A stretch of 31,263 bases of DNA from positions 1 to 31,263 of the forward strand of contig JAQGDQ010001641.1 of the NCBI GenBank assembly GCA_030141605.1, written 5' to 3'. Numbering within the stretch: position 1 is the stretch's first letter; each line of letters opens with the position of its first letter. The position numbers were made by a program, and so were the translations under genes. This document shows positions 1-14,350 of the stretch, one piece after another. This DNA is from Tubiluchus corallicola. Its lineage: Eukaryota > Animalia > Priapulida. A model generated the notes under the pieces. That model was given only the letters and a program-made list of their open reading frames with translations, was not told the DNA's origin and did not search any database.

Positions 1-1443
<1,443 letters not shown>

Positions 1444-1893
1444 GTATCTTGTAGTGGTCTGAAACTTCGACTCTACATTATGTTTAAATTGAAAAGTCAT
1501 TTTCTGGCTTCCTGAAGTGTTAATTTCGGGTGAAAATAGCTGCAGCTCTGCAAATTTGAGTTTACGAAAAAGTGCAATCAGTTAACCTGCTGATGAGACA
1601 TTTGTTGTGACGTCATGTTGTTTAGTTTAGCTTAATTAGTTGCTGTCCAGCGTGAGCTGTTGTCCCGAATGCTGCTGAGGGAGCTTACGTCACAGGGGAG
1701 GCAGAGCCGATAGACAAATACGTGTGACGTCAATGGTGCTAATGAGCGCTAGTTCTGCTACTACACGCATTTGAACTCGCCCTTACACAACTGAATGTGA
1801 TCTCCACATATGACTAAATTATTGTTTAGATCATTATTTTGTTAACATGCTTGAATTTTTTCATTTTCTTTTAATAGCAGAAAAAAGTCTCAC

Positions 1894-1988
1894 CACATAG
1901 GCCATCTTCGCAGGTTGTCTGAGAGGGACAGGCGGTACAGGGTGCACCTATAATATAGGGACTATACTGATTTGGAAGTATATTGCCT
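1894..1988 (-). CDS. CAP/CRISP gene exon 7: (G)GNILPNQYSPYIIGAPCTACPSQTTCEDGLC, end of CAP2 motif plus Cys-rich hinge
   Basis: Acceptor tctttattacAG and donor G|GTGAGA. 95 bp, phase 2 in and phase 1 out. PYxxGxPCxxCP...CxxGLC is the CRISP hinge. Confidence 0.93.
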
Positions 1989-3052
1989 CTGTAATAAAGA
2001 AATATACGTAGTGTAAGTATTATAGATCAAGAAAATCCTTCATTTACATAAAGCTTAAAAATTCCTCTTGAAACTTTACACCACTTACGTGCTGCTTTTT
2101 TCCGTGCAGGGCTTGAGTCGGCAGCACCGCTGTATAAAAGCCTGTAAATTTGAACTCCCGCGATGACCGTTAGGCGCAGCCATTTTGACGATAAGTCATT
2201 TGTAACGAGTTGAGATAACATTGAATGAAATTTGAAAAAAATAATCAGAGTATTTATAGCGCACACGTCACAAACTAAGCAAAATTTTAAATTACAGTAT
2301 TTTGTCATTGAGATTAAGTACGATTTTTGCTTAGCGACTGGTGCACCTTGGAGGGTGAGTTAACATTTGGTGAAAAGAATTTTAAATAATTAATAATCTT
2401 CTATTCTACCTACCTACGTCTTTCAAGCAGGTAAGCAAAATGCCAAGTAACATAAATTTCCAAGGAAAGTTTTTTGAGACATAGTTTAACATTTCCTTTT
2501 CTTACGTTGATTTACGTTATGCGCATATGACGTCATATAAAGACGCGTTCGGAAGAGTGTTAATTCCGGGAGATTTATATATAATATATATATATATGTA
2601 TAATAATCTTTATTTGCCATTAAAATATATTGATGGTCACTGATAGAAACTTTACAGAGATAATCAATCAGTGTCAGTTGATAAAAACTTACACTGCTGA
2701 AGGCAAATACGTCAGTTGCAATCTAAACTACTGTGCAGTAATGGAAAGTAACGACGAATAAAATCAAATTTAAAATGAAAACAAACAAAAAATCCTTTCA
2801 ATGCGAGTACGATATAAAGTAATATAATTTTTAAGGCAGTTTTTCTGAAATCTGCTTCAGGTACCCCTTTTCTTGTCCTTTAAACTGCATCCACGGACAT
2901 TGGTCAAGGCTCAGATATAGATCGTTTATGAAAGGCCAAAAATTCTATTGGTCTGAAGTTTCGTAATTTATTTCCTGTTTGAAGCTGCTGATTAATTAAT
3001 CAACGTGTAACAGCTACTAAAGATCTCGTAATTGACCTAAAGTCGTAGTTTA

Positions 3053-3283
3053 TTTTCTATTAAAAGCTTTTAGACTGGCAACCTTCAAATTTTGGTTTTT
3101 TTCTATAAAAAGCTTTTAGACAGGCAACCTTCAAGTTTTGGGTTTTTTCTATTAAAAGCTTTTAGACTGGCAACCTTCAAATTTTGGGTTTTTTTCTATT
3201 AAGGGCTTTTAGACTGGCAACCTTCAAATTTTTGGTTTTTTTCTATTAAAAGCTTTTAGACTGGCAACCTTCAAATTTTGGGT
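3053..3283. repeat. ~46-47-bp tandem repeat, ~5 copies (TTTTCTATTAAAAGCTTTTAGACTGGCAACCTTCAAATTTT...)
   Basis: CTAT anchor recurs at about 3057, 3103, 3149, 3196 and 3243. Confidence 0.92.
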
Positions 3284-3378
3284 CTTGTAAAGCAGCAGAT
3301 GAAAAGAGAACCACTTACAATTTGATATTCTATCTATTCTAATAATAATAATAACTATGATGGTAACGGTAACGACGA

Positions 3379-3409
<31 letters not shown>

Positions 3410-3459
3410 AACAACAACGCTTAAATATATATTATTGAGATAATAATAAAGTGATGCAC

Positions 3460-3551
3460 CCAACACAGTATACGCATGAGTAGTAGTAATATCCAAGGTT
3501 CGGGCAGTGTGTGACCCCGCATCCAACTGTATCAGATTCTGCCCACACAAC
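3460..3551 (-). CDS. CAP/CRISP gene exon 6: VVWAESDTVGCGVTHCPNLGYYYYSCVYCV(G)
   Basis: Acceptor gtttttctttAG. Completes the CAP1 motif GHFTQ|VVW and contains VGCG. Donor GG|GTGCAT (phase 2) matches exon 7. This frame is not in the ORF track. Confidence 0.93.
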
Positions 3552-3582
3552 CTAAAGAAAAACGACAAACTTTTTAGTGTAC

Positions 3583-3584
<2 letters not shown>

Positions 3585-3661
<77 letters not shown>

Positions 3662-3689
3662 AGGGAGGGAAAGAGGGAGACAGAGAGAG

Positions 3690-3740
<51 letters not shown>

Positions 3741-3821
3741 AAGAGAGGGGGGGAGAGAGCGAGCGAGAGAGAGAGAACGAGAGAGGGGGAGAGGGAGAGA
3801 GACAGAAAGAGAGAGAGAAAT

Positions 3822-3865
<44 letters not shown>

Positions 3866-3981
3866 TGAGAGAGAAAGAGAGAGAGAGAGAGTTGAAAGAT
3901 AGGAGAAAGAAAAGAGAGGGGCAGAAAGGGAGGGAGACAAAGAGAGAGAGGTGGGAGAACGAAAGAGAGAGGGAGAGAGAA

Positions 3982-4037
<56 letters not shown>

Positions 4038-4065
4038 GGAGGGAGGGAAAGAGGGAGACAGAGAG

Positions 4066-4114
<49 letters not shown>

Positions 4115-4197
4115 AAGAGAGGGGGGGAGAGAGCGAGCGAGAGAGAGAGAGAACGAGAGAGGGGGAGAGGGAGAGAGACAGAAAGAGAGAGAGAAAT

Positions 4198-4267
<70 letters not shown>

Positions 4268-4362
4268 TTGAAAGATAGGAGAAAGAAAAGAGAGGGGCAG
4301 AAAGGGAGGGAGACAAAGAGAGAGAGGTGGGAGAACGAAAGAGAGAGGGAGAGAGAAAGAGA

Positions 4363-4408
<46 letters not shown>

Positions 4409-4418
4409 AGGAGAGGAG
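3585..4418. repeat. Compound (GA)n microsatellite with an internal ~376-bp direct duplication
   Basis: The interruption GTTGAAAGATAGGAGAAAG occurs at 3891 and 4267. Confidence 0.95.
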
Positions 4419-4719
4419 GGGTAGGAGGAGCAGGAAAAGAGGAGAGAATTTTATTAAGTTTGTGTATAAATTTTCATATATTTGTTTGTTTAATATTACA
4501 ATTACAAATCATTACAAATCTTTATTTCGTTTTACACATCATCACCTCCAGTTATTTTAACTACGAACCGCCAAAAATCCCAACGTGAAAAAAACTTGAA
4601 AGTTTTGCCAAACAACAAAATGCAAAAAATCAAAAAAGTAAAATTGCACGTTATTAGAGAAATATGAACATAAACCGTGTGATAGTGAAAAATACAAACA
4701 CCAATTAGTAATCAAACAC

Positions 4720-6688
4720 ACCCTCTCATTTTGTCCCTGTAGAACATAACCAAACCCTCTCATTTTGTCCCTGTAGAACAAAAGCAAACCCTCTCATTTT
4801 GTCCCTGTAGATCATAAGCAAACCGTCTCATTTTGTCTCTGTAGAACATAAGTAAACCCTCTCATTTTGTCTCTGTAGAACAAAAGCAAACCCTCTCATT
4901 TTGTCCCTGTAGAACATAAGCAAACCGTCTCATTTTTTTCCCTGTGGAACATAAGCAAACCGTCTCATTTTGTCCCTGTAGAACATTAGCAAACCCTCTC
5001 ATTTTGTCCCTGTAGAACATAACCAAACCCTCTCATTTTGTCCCTGTAGAACAAAAGCAAACCCTCTCATTTTGTCCCTGTAGAACATAAGCAAACCGTC
5101 TCATTTTGTCTCTGTAGAACATAAGTAAACCCTCTCATTTTGTCTCTGTAGAACAAAAGCAAACCCTCTCATTTTGTCCCTGTAGAACAAAAGCAAACCC
5201 TCTCATTTTGTCCCTGTAGAACATAACCAAACCCTCTCATTTTGTCCCTGTAGAACATAAGCAAACCCTCTCATTTTGTCCCTGTAGAACATAAGCAAAC
5301 CCTCTCATTTTGTCCCTGTAGAACATAAGCAAACCCTCTCATTTTGTCCCTGTAGAACATAAGTAAACCGTGTCATTTTGTCCCTGTAGAACACAAGTAA
5401 AACGTCTCATTTTGTCCCTGTAGAACATAAGTAAACCGTCTCATTTTGTCCCTGTAGAACATAAGTAAAACCTCTCATTTTGTCCCTGTAGAACATAAGA
5501 AAACCCTCTCATTTTGGCCCTGTAGAACATAAACAAACCCTCTCATTTTGTCCCTGTAGAACATAAGCAAACCCTCTCATTTTGTCCCTGTAGAACATAA
5601 GCAAACCCTCTCATTGTGTCCCTGTAGAACATAAGCAAACCCTCTCATTTTGTCCCTGTAGAACATAAGCAAACCCTCTCATTTTGTCCCTGTAGAACAT
5701 AAGCACACCCTCTCATTTTGTCCCTGTAGAACATAAGCAAACCCACTCATTTTGTCCCTGTAGAACATAAGCAAACCCTCTCATTTTGTCCCTGTAGAAC
5801 ATAAGTAAACCGTCTCATTTTGTCCCTGTAGAACATAAGTAAAACCTCTCATTTTGTCCCTGTAGAACATAAGAAAACCCCCTCATTTTGTATCTGTAGA
5901 ACATAAGAAAACCCTCTCATTTTGTCCCTGTAGAACATAAGAAAACCCTCTCATTTTGTCCCTGTAGAACATAAGCAAACCCTCTCATTTTGTCCCTGTA
6001 GAACATAAGAAAACCCTCTCATTTTGTCCCTGTAGAACATAAGAAAACCCTCTCATTTTGTCCCTGTAGAACATAAGAAAACCCTCTCATTTTGTCCCTG
6101 TAGAACATAAGAAAACCCTCTCATTTTGTCCCTGTAGAACATAAGAAAACCCTCTCATTTTGTATCTGTAGAACATAAGCAAACCCTCCGATTTTGTCCC
6201 TGTAGAACATAAGCAAACCCTCTCATTTTGTCCCTGTAGAACATAAGCAAACCCTCTCATTTTTTCCCTGTGGAACATAAGCAAACCGTCTCATTTTGTC
6301 CCTGTAGAACATAAGCAAACCGTCTCATTTTGTCCCTGTAGAACATAAGTAAACCCTCTCATTTTGTCCCTGTAGAACATAAGAAAACCCTCTCATTTTG
6401 TCCCTGTAGAACATAAGAAAACCCTCTCATTTTGTCCCTGTAGAACATAAGAAAACCCTCTCATTTTGTCCCTGTAGAACCTAAGCAAACCCTCTCATTT
6501 TGTCCCTGTAGAACATAAGCAAACCCTCTCATTTTGTCCCTGTAGAACATAAGCAAACCCTCTCATTTTTTCCCTGTGGAACATAAGCAAACCGTCTCAT
6601 TTTGTCCCTGTAGAACATAAGCAAACCCTCTCATTTTGTCCCTGTACAACATAACCAAACCCTCTCATTTTGTCCCTGTGGAACATAA
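4720..6688 (-). repeat. 34-bp minisatellite, ~58 copies, in CAP intron 5
   Basis: Unit CCCTCTCATTTTGTCCCTGTAGAACATAAGCAAA on the + strand. Confidence 0.98.
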
Positions 6689-6762
6689 TGATTTAGGAGG
6701 AGCTGCAACATTATTGAAAGACGATTTACGTCATCATAATTTAGAAAAAATGTCTGATTTAC

Positions 6763-6908
6763 CTGAGTAAAATGGCCAACGACTGCACTAGTTGGTACTC
6801 CATACTGAAAATCATGCACTTCATCGTACCAGAGGTCAACAACATATGCCCATCCTTTTGAAGAAGAACTGATGTATGCCAAATTCTCTCCACAGTACCA
6901 GTACTCGG
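6763..6908 (-). CDS. CAP/CRISP gene exon 5: (S)EYWYCGENLAYISSSSKGWAYVVDLWYDEVHDFQYGVPTSAVVGHFTQ
   Basis: CAP4 motif GENLA, WYDE and CAP1 motif GHFTQ. Acceptor cttttatctttAG, donor CAG|GTAAAT. 146 bp, phase 1 in and phase 0 out. Confidence 0.96.
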
Positions 6909-6937
6909 CTAAAGATAAAAGTGAGATTAAATGTCTG

Positions 6938-8390
6938 ATTGTGAGCACATGAGTGGATGAGGTAATTAATAAGTGAGTTAGGACTTGAAATTGTGAGCAC
7001 GTGAGTGGATAAGGTAATTAATAGGTGAGTTAGGACTTGAAATTGTGAGCACGTGAGTGGATAAGGTAATTAATATATGAGTTAGGACTTGAAATTGTGA
7101 GCATGTGAGTGGATAAGGTAATTGATATGTGAGTTAGGACTTGAAATTGTGAGCACGTGAGTGGACGAGGTAATTAATAGGTGAGTTAGGACTTGAAATT
7201 GTGAGCACATGAGTGGATAAGGCAATTAATAGGTGAGTTAGGACTTGAAATTGTGAGCACGTGAGTGGATAAGGTAATTAATATATGAGTTAGGACTTGA
7301 AATTGTGAGCATGTGAGTGGATAAGGTAATTAATAGGTGAGTTATGAGTTGAAATTGTGAGCACGTGAGTGGATAAGGTAATTAATAGGTGAGTTAGGAC
7401 TTGAAATTGTGAGCACATGAGTGGATAAGGCAATTAATAGGTGAGTTAGGACTTGAAATTGTGAGCACGTGAGTGGATAAGGTAATTAATATATGAGTTA
7501 GGACTTGAAATTGTGAGCATGTGAGTGGATAAGGTAATTAATAGGTGAGTTATGAGTTGAAATTGTGAGCACTTGAGTGGATGAGGTAATTAATAGGTGA
7601 GTTATGACTTGTAATTGTGAGCACGTGAGTGGATAAGGTAATTAATAGGTGAGTTAGGACTTGAAATTGTGAGCATGTGAGTGGATAAGGTAATGAGTTA
7701 TGACTTGTAATTGTGAGCACGTGAGTGGATAAGGTAATTAATACGTGAGTTATGACTTGAAATTGTGAGCACGTGAGTGGATAAGGTAATTAATAAGTGA
7801 GTTAGGACTTGAAATAGTGAGCACATGAGTGGATAAGGTAATTAATAGGTGAGTTAGGACTTGAAATTGTGAGCACGTGAGTGGATAAGGTAATTATTAG
7901 GTGAGTTAGGACTTGAAATTGTGAGCACGTGAGTGGATAAGGTAATTAATAGGTGAGTTAGGACTTGAAATTGTGAGCGCGTGAGTGGATAAGGTAATTA
8001 ATAGGTGAGTTAGGACTTGAAATAGTGAGCACGTGAGCGGATAAGGTAATTAATAGGTGAGTTAGGACTTGAAATTGTGAGCACGTGAGTGGATAAGGTA
8101 ATTAATAGATGAGTTACGACTTGAAATTGTGAGCACGTGAGTTGATAAGGTAATTAATAAGTGAGTTAGGACTTGAAATTGTGAGCACGTGAGTGGATAA
8201 GGTAACTAATAGGTGAGTTATGAGTTGAAATTGTGGGCACGTGAGTGGATGAGGTAATTAATAGGTGAGTTAGCACTTGAAATTGTGAGCACATGAGTGG
8301 ATAAGATAATTAACAGGTGAGTCAGGATGAGGTAGTTAAGACGTGAGTGAACATGTGAAATTATGAGCACATGAGTCGATGAGGTAGTTG
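6938..8390. repeat. 52-bp minisatellite, ~27 copies, in CAP intron 4
   Basis: Unit ATTGTGAGCACGTGAGTGGATAAGGTAATTAATAGGTGAGTTAGGACTTGAA on the + strand. Confidence 0.97.
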
Positions 8391-8472
8391 TGTTTATCAA
8401 AGTTTGAAATCATGAGCAGTTGGGTTAGTAAGTAGAAAGAAAACGTGTTCTGACATGAGGAACTATGCAAAT

Positions 8473-8574
<102 letters not shown>

Positions 8575-8616
8575 CACGTAGCTTTAGAAATGAATAAAAA
8601 GATGAAATAAACGTAC

Positions 8617-8710
8617 ATGATATGTTCATTCTTTCAGTAGAACTGCTGTGACCCCTGACGCATTTCTCCACATGTTGCTGAGCAAATGCAGCAGCCGCAG
8701 GATTCCATGT
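8617..8710 (-). CDS. CAP/CRISP gene exon 4: TWNPAAAAFAQQHVEKCVRGHSSSTERMNIS
   Basis: Joins MMKM|TWN (the M..M.W pattern) and carries C..GHS. Acceptor atcatttgcAG, donor T|GTACGT. 94 bp, phase 0 in and phase 1 out. Confidence 0.94.
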
Positions 8711-8845
8711 CTGCAAATGATAACAAGATGCGATAAATTCAGATCAAAATTCCCTTGCTGTGGTCCAGTGTTGGTCCACTCATATAAGCAATTTACCCTA
8801 ATTTCCAAACGTTCTTGAAAAAAATCATAACTTTCTAAAACGTTA

Positions 8846-9686
8846 TTGTCTGACCCCTCCTGTCCATTGACAGTGGTCATCTTTATTCACACGACTGTTT
8901 GACCCTTCCTATCCATTGAAAGAAGTCATCTTTCCTCACACAACTGTCTGACCCTTCCTATCCATTGACAGAAGTCATCTTTCTTCACACAACTGTCTGA
9001 CCCTTCCTATCCATTGACAGAAGTCATCTTTCCTCACACAACTGTCTGACCCTTCCTATCCATTGACAGAGGTCATCTTTCCTCACACAACTGTCTGACC
9101 CTTCCTATCCATTGACAGAGGTCATCTTTCCTCACACAACTGTCTGACCCTTGCTATCCATTGACAGAGGTCATCTTTATTCACACGACTGTTTGACCCT
9201 TCCTATCCATTGACAGAGATCATCTTTCTTCACACGACTGTCTGACCCTTCCTATCCATTGACAGAGGACATCTTTCTTCACACGACTGTCTGACCCTTC
9301 CTATCCATTGACAGAGGTCATCTTTCTTCACACGGCTGTCTGACCCTTCCTATCCATTGACAGAGGACATCTTTCCTCGCACAACTGTGTGACTTTTGCT
9401 ATCCATTGACAGAGGACATCTTTCCTCACACAACTGTGTAACTTTTGCTATCCATTGACAGAGGACATCTTTCTTCACACAACTGTCTGACCCTTCCTAT
9501 CCATTGACAGAGGTCATCTTTCCTAACACAACTGCCTGACCCTTCCTATCCATTGACAGAGGTCATCTTTCTTCGCACGACTGTCTGACCCTTCCTATCC
9601 ATTGACAGAGGACATCTTTCCTCACACAACTGTGTGACTTTTGCTATCCATTGACAGAGGTAATCTTTATTCACACAACAGTCTGG
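8846..9686. repeat. 49-bp minisatellite, ~17 copies, in CAP intron 3
   Basis: Unit CTGTCTGACCCTTCCTATCCATTGACAGAGGTCATCTTTCCTCACACAA on the + strand. Confidence 0.96.
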
Positions 9687-10613
9687 CCACCTTTCCCAGG
9701 TATCTACCTTGCAAGTTTCGTGGGTAGTGCCCTACTTCGCCAGTCTACTTTTTCGCCAGTCCACTTTTTCGCCAGTGTAATAATGATTAACATTGAAGAC
9801 TTAAGTGCTTATAGGTAACCATTGATATATTGTGTATCGACATGGTTTCATTTAAATGCTTTGTGAACGGAAGTCATAAGTCCTACAGATGCGTGTCGTA
9901 TATCATTGGATTCGCAATGAAATGAGGAATCTGATGCCAAAATCGAGAAGTCAGAAAATGACAGCAAAAATGATGTCGAAAATTTAACATTCCGAATCTA
10001 ATGTTTTTAAGTCACTGCTTGTGAACTATTTGCAAGTAATTTGTAGTAACTTGTTTATGATGTACTTCAGATAAAGTTTGTTTACTTTAATGTTTACTTT
10101 ATCAATAGAAACATATTTTGTTTACATCCGATCAATGAAAAAAGTGTTTTTACTTAATGTCATTTGTTATTTTTTAATGTTCCTTCTATTTAACATTTAT
10201 TGCCTTGTTAAATACGCTGCACGACCATTTGTTTAAAAGTGACAAGCGAATTTTCATTTATTTTTTGCATACATAGTAAATTATGTTTAAATTATTTACG
10301 AAACTGCTGTTAAACATTGACAAAAATTTACTATAGAAGCTTTTGCTTTTCGACTTTCCTCAGCCAAAAATGTTAAATGAAGGTTATAAGCAAACGTTCA
10401 TTTAGTAAAGGTTAAAACGAACATAACTTGCTGTCAAATAAATAAATATATTAGCACGGCTGCATGTTCAAACAGTGGACATTTATATTAGCCTTTAGCT
10501 GAAGGTGAGCTTTCCAGGTAAAAGGTAAAATTTTAAATTTTCAAAATCTCTATACGAATGTCATGTTATCTAGTAAAAGGTTGAATGTTTTGGTATGTTT
10601 GAAAGCAAAATAA

Positions 10614-13600
10614 TACTTGATCATGTCACTGAAGTTACACTTCTACTTGATCATGTCACTCAAGTTACACTTCTGCTTGATCATGTCACTCAAGTTACAC
10701 TTCTACTTGACCATGTCAGTCAAAGTGCACTTCTACTTGATCATGTCACTCAGAATACACTTCTACTTGATCATGTCACTCAAGTTACACTTCTGCTTGA
10801 TCATGTCACTCAAGTTACACTTCTACTTGATCATGTCACTCAAGTTACACTTCTACTTGATATTGTCACTCAAGTTACACTTTACTTGATCATGTCACTC
10901 AAGTTACACTTCTACTTGATATTGTCACTCAAGTTACACTTCTGCTTCATCATGTCACTCAAAGTACACTGCTACTTGACCATGTCAGTCAAAGTACACT
11001 TCTGCTTGATCATGTCACTCAAGTTACACTTCTACTTGATCATGTCATTCAAGTTACAGTACTACTTGATCATGTCACTCAAGTTACACTTCTACTTGAT
11101 CATGTCACTCAAGTTACACTTCTACTTGATATTGTCACTCAAGTTACACTTCTGCTTTATCATGTCACTCAAAGTACACTCTACTTGACCATGTCAGTCA
11201 AAGTACACTTCTGTTTGATCATGTCACTCAAGTTGCACTTCTACTTGATCATGTCATTCAAGTTACAGTACTACTTGATCATGTCACTCAAGTTACACTT
11301 CTACTTGATCATGTCACTCAAATTACACTTCTACTTGCTCATGTCACTCAAGTTACAGTACTACTTGACCATGTCACTAAAGTTACACTTCTGCTTGATC
11401 ATGTCACTCAAGTTACACTTCTGCTTGATCATGTCACTCAAGTTACACTTCTACTTGATCATGTCACTCAAGTTACACTTCTACTTGATCACGTCACTCA
11501 AGTTACACTTCTGCTTGATCATGTCACTCAAGTTACACTTCTACTTGATCATGTCACTGAAGTTACACTTCTACTTGATCATGTCACTCAAGTTACACTT
11601 CTGCTTCATCATGTCACTCAAGTTACACTTCTACTTGATCATGTCACTCAAGTTACACTTCTACTTGATAATGTCACTCAAGTTACACTTCTACTTGATA
11701 ATGTCACTCAAGTTACACTTCTACTTGATAATGTCACTCAAGTTACAGTACTACTTGATCATGATACTCAAGTTACACTTCTACTTGATCATGTCACTGA
11801 AATTACATTTCTACTTGATCATGTCTCTCAAGTTACACTTGTACTTGATCATGTCACTCAAGTTACACTTCTACTTGATCATGTCACTCAAGTTACACTT
11901 CTACTTGATCATGTCACTCAAGTTACAGTACTACTTGATGATGTCACTCAAGTTACACTTCTACTTGATCATGTCACTCAAATTACACTTCTACTTGATC
12001 ATGTCACTCAAGTTACACTTCTACTTAATCATGTCACTCAAGTTACACTTCTACTTGATCATGTCACTCAAGTTACACTTCTACTTGATCATGTCACTCA
12101 AGTTACACTTCTACTTTGTCATGTCACTCAAGTTACACTTCTACTTGGTCATGTCACTCAAGTTACACTTCTACTTGGTCATGTCACTCAAGTTACACTT
12201 CTACTTGATCATGTAATTCAAAATACACTTCTACTTGACCATGTCAGTCAAAGTGCACTTCTACTTGATCATGTCATTCAAAATACACCACTACTTGATC
12301 ACTTCAGTTAAAGTACACTTCTACTTGATCACTTCAGTTAAAGTACACTTCCACTTGATCACTTGATCATGTAATTCAAAATACACTTCTACTTGACCAT
12401 GTCAGTCAAAGTGCACTTCTACTTGATCATGTCACTCAGAATACATTACTTCTTGATCATGTCACTCAAATTACTCTTCTACTTGATCATGTCACTCAAG
12501 TTACACTTCTACTTGATCATGTCATTCAAAATACATTACGACTTGCTCATGTCATTCAAAATACATTACTACTTGATCATGTCACTCAAATTACTCTTCT
12601 ACTTGATCATGTCACTCAAGTTACACTTCTACTTGATCATGTCATTCAAAATACATTACGACTTGCTCATGTCATTCAAAATACAGTACTACTTGATCAT
12701 GTCACTAAAATTACACTTCTACTGATCATGTCACTCAAGTTACACTTCTACTTGATCATGCATTCAAAATACACTACTACTTGATCATGTCACTCAAAAT
12801 ACACTACTACTTGATCACGTCACTCAAATTACACTTCTACGATCATGTCACTCAAGTTACACTTCTACTTGATCATGTCACTGAAGTTACACTTCTACAT
12901 GATCATGTCACTCAAGTTACACTTCTGCTTCATCATGTCACTCAGTACACTTCTACTTGATCATGTCGCTCAAGTTACACTTCTACTTGATAATGTCACT
13001 CAAGTTACACTTCTACTTGATAATGTCACTCAAGTTACAGTACTACTTGATCATGATACTCAAGTTACACTTCTACTTGATCATGTCACTGAAATTACAT
13101 TTCTACTTGATCATGTCACTCAAGTTACACTTCTACTTGATCATGTCTCTCAAGTTACACTTCTACTTGATCATGTCACTCAAGTTACACTTCTACTTGA
13201 TCATGTCACTCAAGTTACACTTCTACTTGATCATGTCACTCAAGTTACAGTACTACGATGATGTCACTCAAGTTACACTTCTACTTGATCATGTCACTCA
13301 AATTACACTTCTACTTGATCATGTCACTCAAGTTACACTTCTACTTAATCATGTCACTCAAGTTACACTTCTACTTGATCATGTCACTCAAGTTACACTT
13401 CTACTTTGTCATGTCACTCAAGTTACACTTCTACTTGGTCATGTCACTCAAGTTACACTTCTACTTGATCATGTAATTCAAAATACACTTCTACTTGACC
13501 ATGTCAGTCAAAGTGCACTTCTACTTGATCATGTCATTCAAAATACACCACTACTTGATCACTTCAAAAATACACTTCTACTTGATCACTTCAGTTAAAG

Positions 13601-14149
13601 TACACCATGATCACTTGATCATGTCACTCAAGTTACACTTCTACTTGATCATGTCATTCAAAATACATTACGACTTGCTCATGTCATTCAAAATACATTA
13701 CTACTTGATCATGTCACTCAAATTACTCTTCTACTTGATCATGTCACTCAAGTTACACTTCTACTTGATCATGTCATTCAAAATACATTACGACTTGCTC
13801 ATGTCATTCAAAATACATTACTACTTGATCATGTCACTCAAATTACTCTTCTACTTGATCATGTCACTCAAGTTACACTTCTACTTGATCATGTCATTCA
13901 AAATACATTACTACTTGATCGTGTCATTCAAAATACATTACTACTTGATCATGTCATTCAAAATACATTACGACTTGATCATGTCACTCAAGTTACACTT
14001 CTACTTGATCATGTCATTCAAAATACATTACTACTTGATCGTGTCATTCAAAATACATTACTACTTGATCATGTCATTCAAAATACATTACGACTTGTTC
14101 ACGTCATTCAAAATACACTTCTACTTGATCACTTCAGTTAAAGTACACT
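10614..14149. repeat. 30-bp minisatellite, roughly 115-120 copies with internal block duplications, in CAP intron 3
   Basis: Unit CTACTTGATCATGTCACTCAAGTTACACTT. Explains the (MSLKLHFYLI)n and (LLLDHVTQVT)n ORFs. Confidence 0.98.
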
Positions 14150-14222
14150 AATACGCCTAATACTATGTGTCTTGGCTTAACAACTATTAATAGAAGTGTT
14201 ACCCTTTTATTTTAATATTTAC

Positions 14223-14350
14223 CATTTTCATCATATTTGCTGCTGGTTTTTCAGCCTCAGCAACATCAGGAAGGGTTTTTCTCAGTAGATTGTGCTGATT
14301 GAGAATCTCTTGTATGTCATTTGTATCTACGGCCATCAAACATGGCAATC
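14223..14350 (-). CDS. CAP/CRISP gene exon 3: (G)LPCLMAVDTNDIQEILNQHNLLRKTLPDVAEAEKPAANMMKM
   Basis: CAP3 motif HNxxR and PAANM. Acceptor tagtatttgcAG, donor ATG|GTAAAT. 128 bp, phase 1 in and phase 0 out. Confidence 0.95.

Noticed and set aside
1783-1790. Possible tiny terminal CAP exon (CAG|TTGTGTAA on the minus strand)
   Set aside because: Poor pyrimidine tract and only two residues added; unsupported.
9731-9776. Three short TTCGCCAGT repeats resembling a transposon subterminal region
   Set aside because: No matching inverted end or TSD found, so the element cannot be delimited.
10595-14151. Repetitive ORFs (MSLKLHFYLI)n and (LLLDHVTQVT)n as a solenoid protein
   Set aside because: A stop-free 30-bp unit gives open frames automatically. 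Frequent 1-2-bp indels switch frames, and the array is antisense within a CAP intron.
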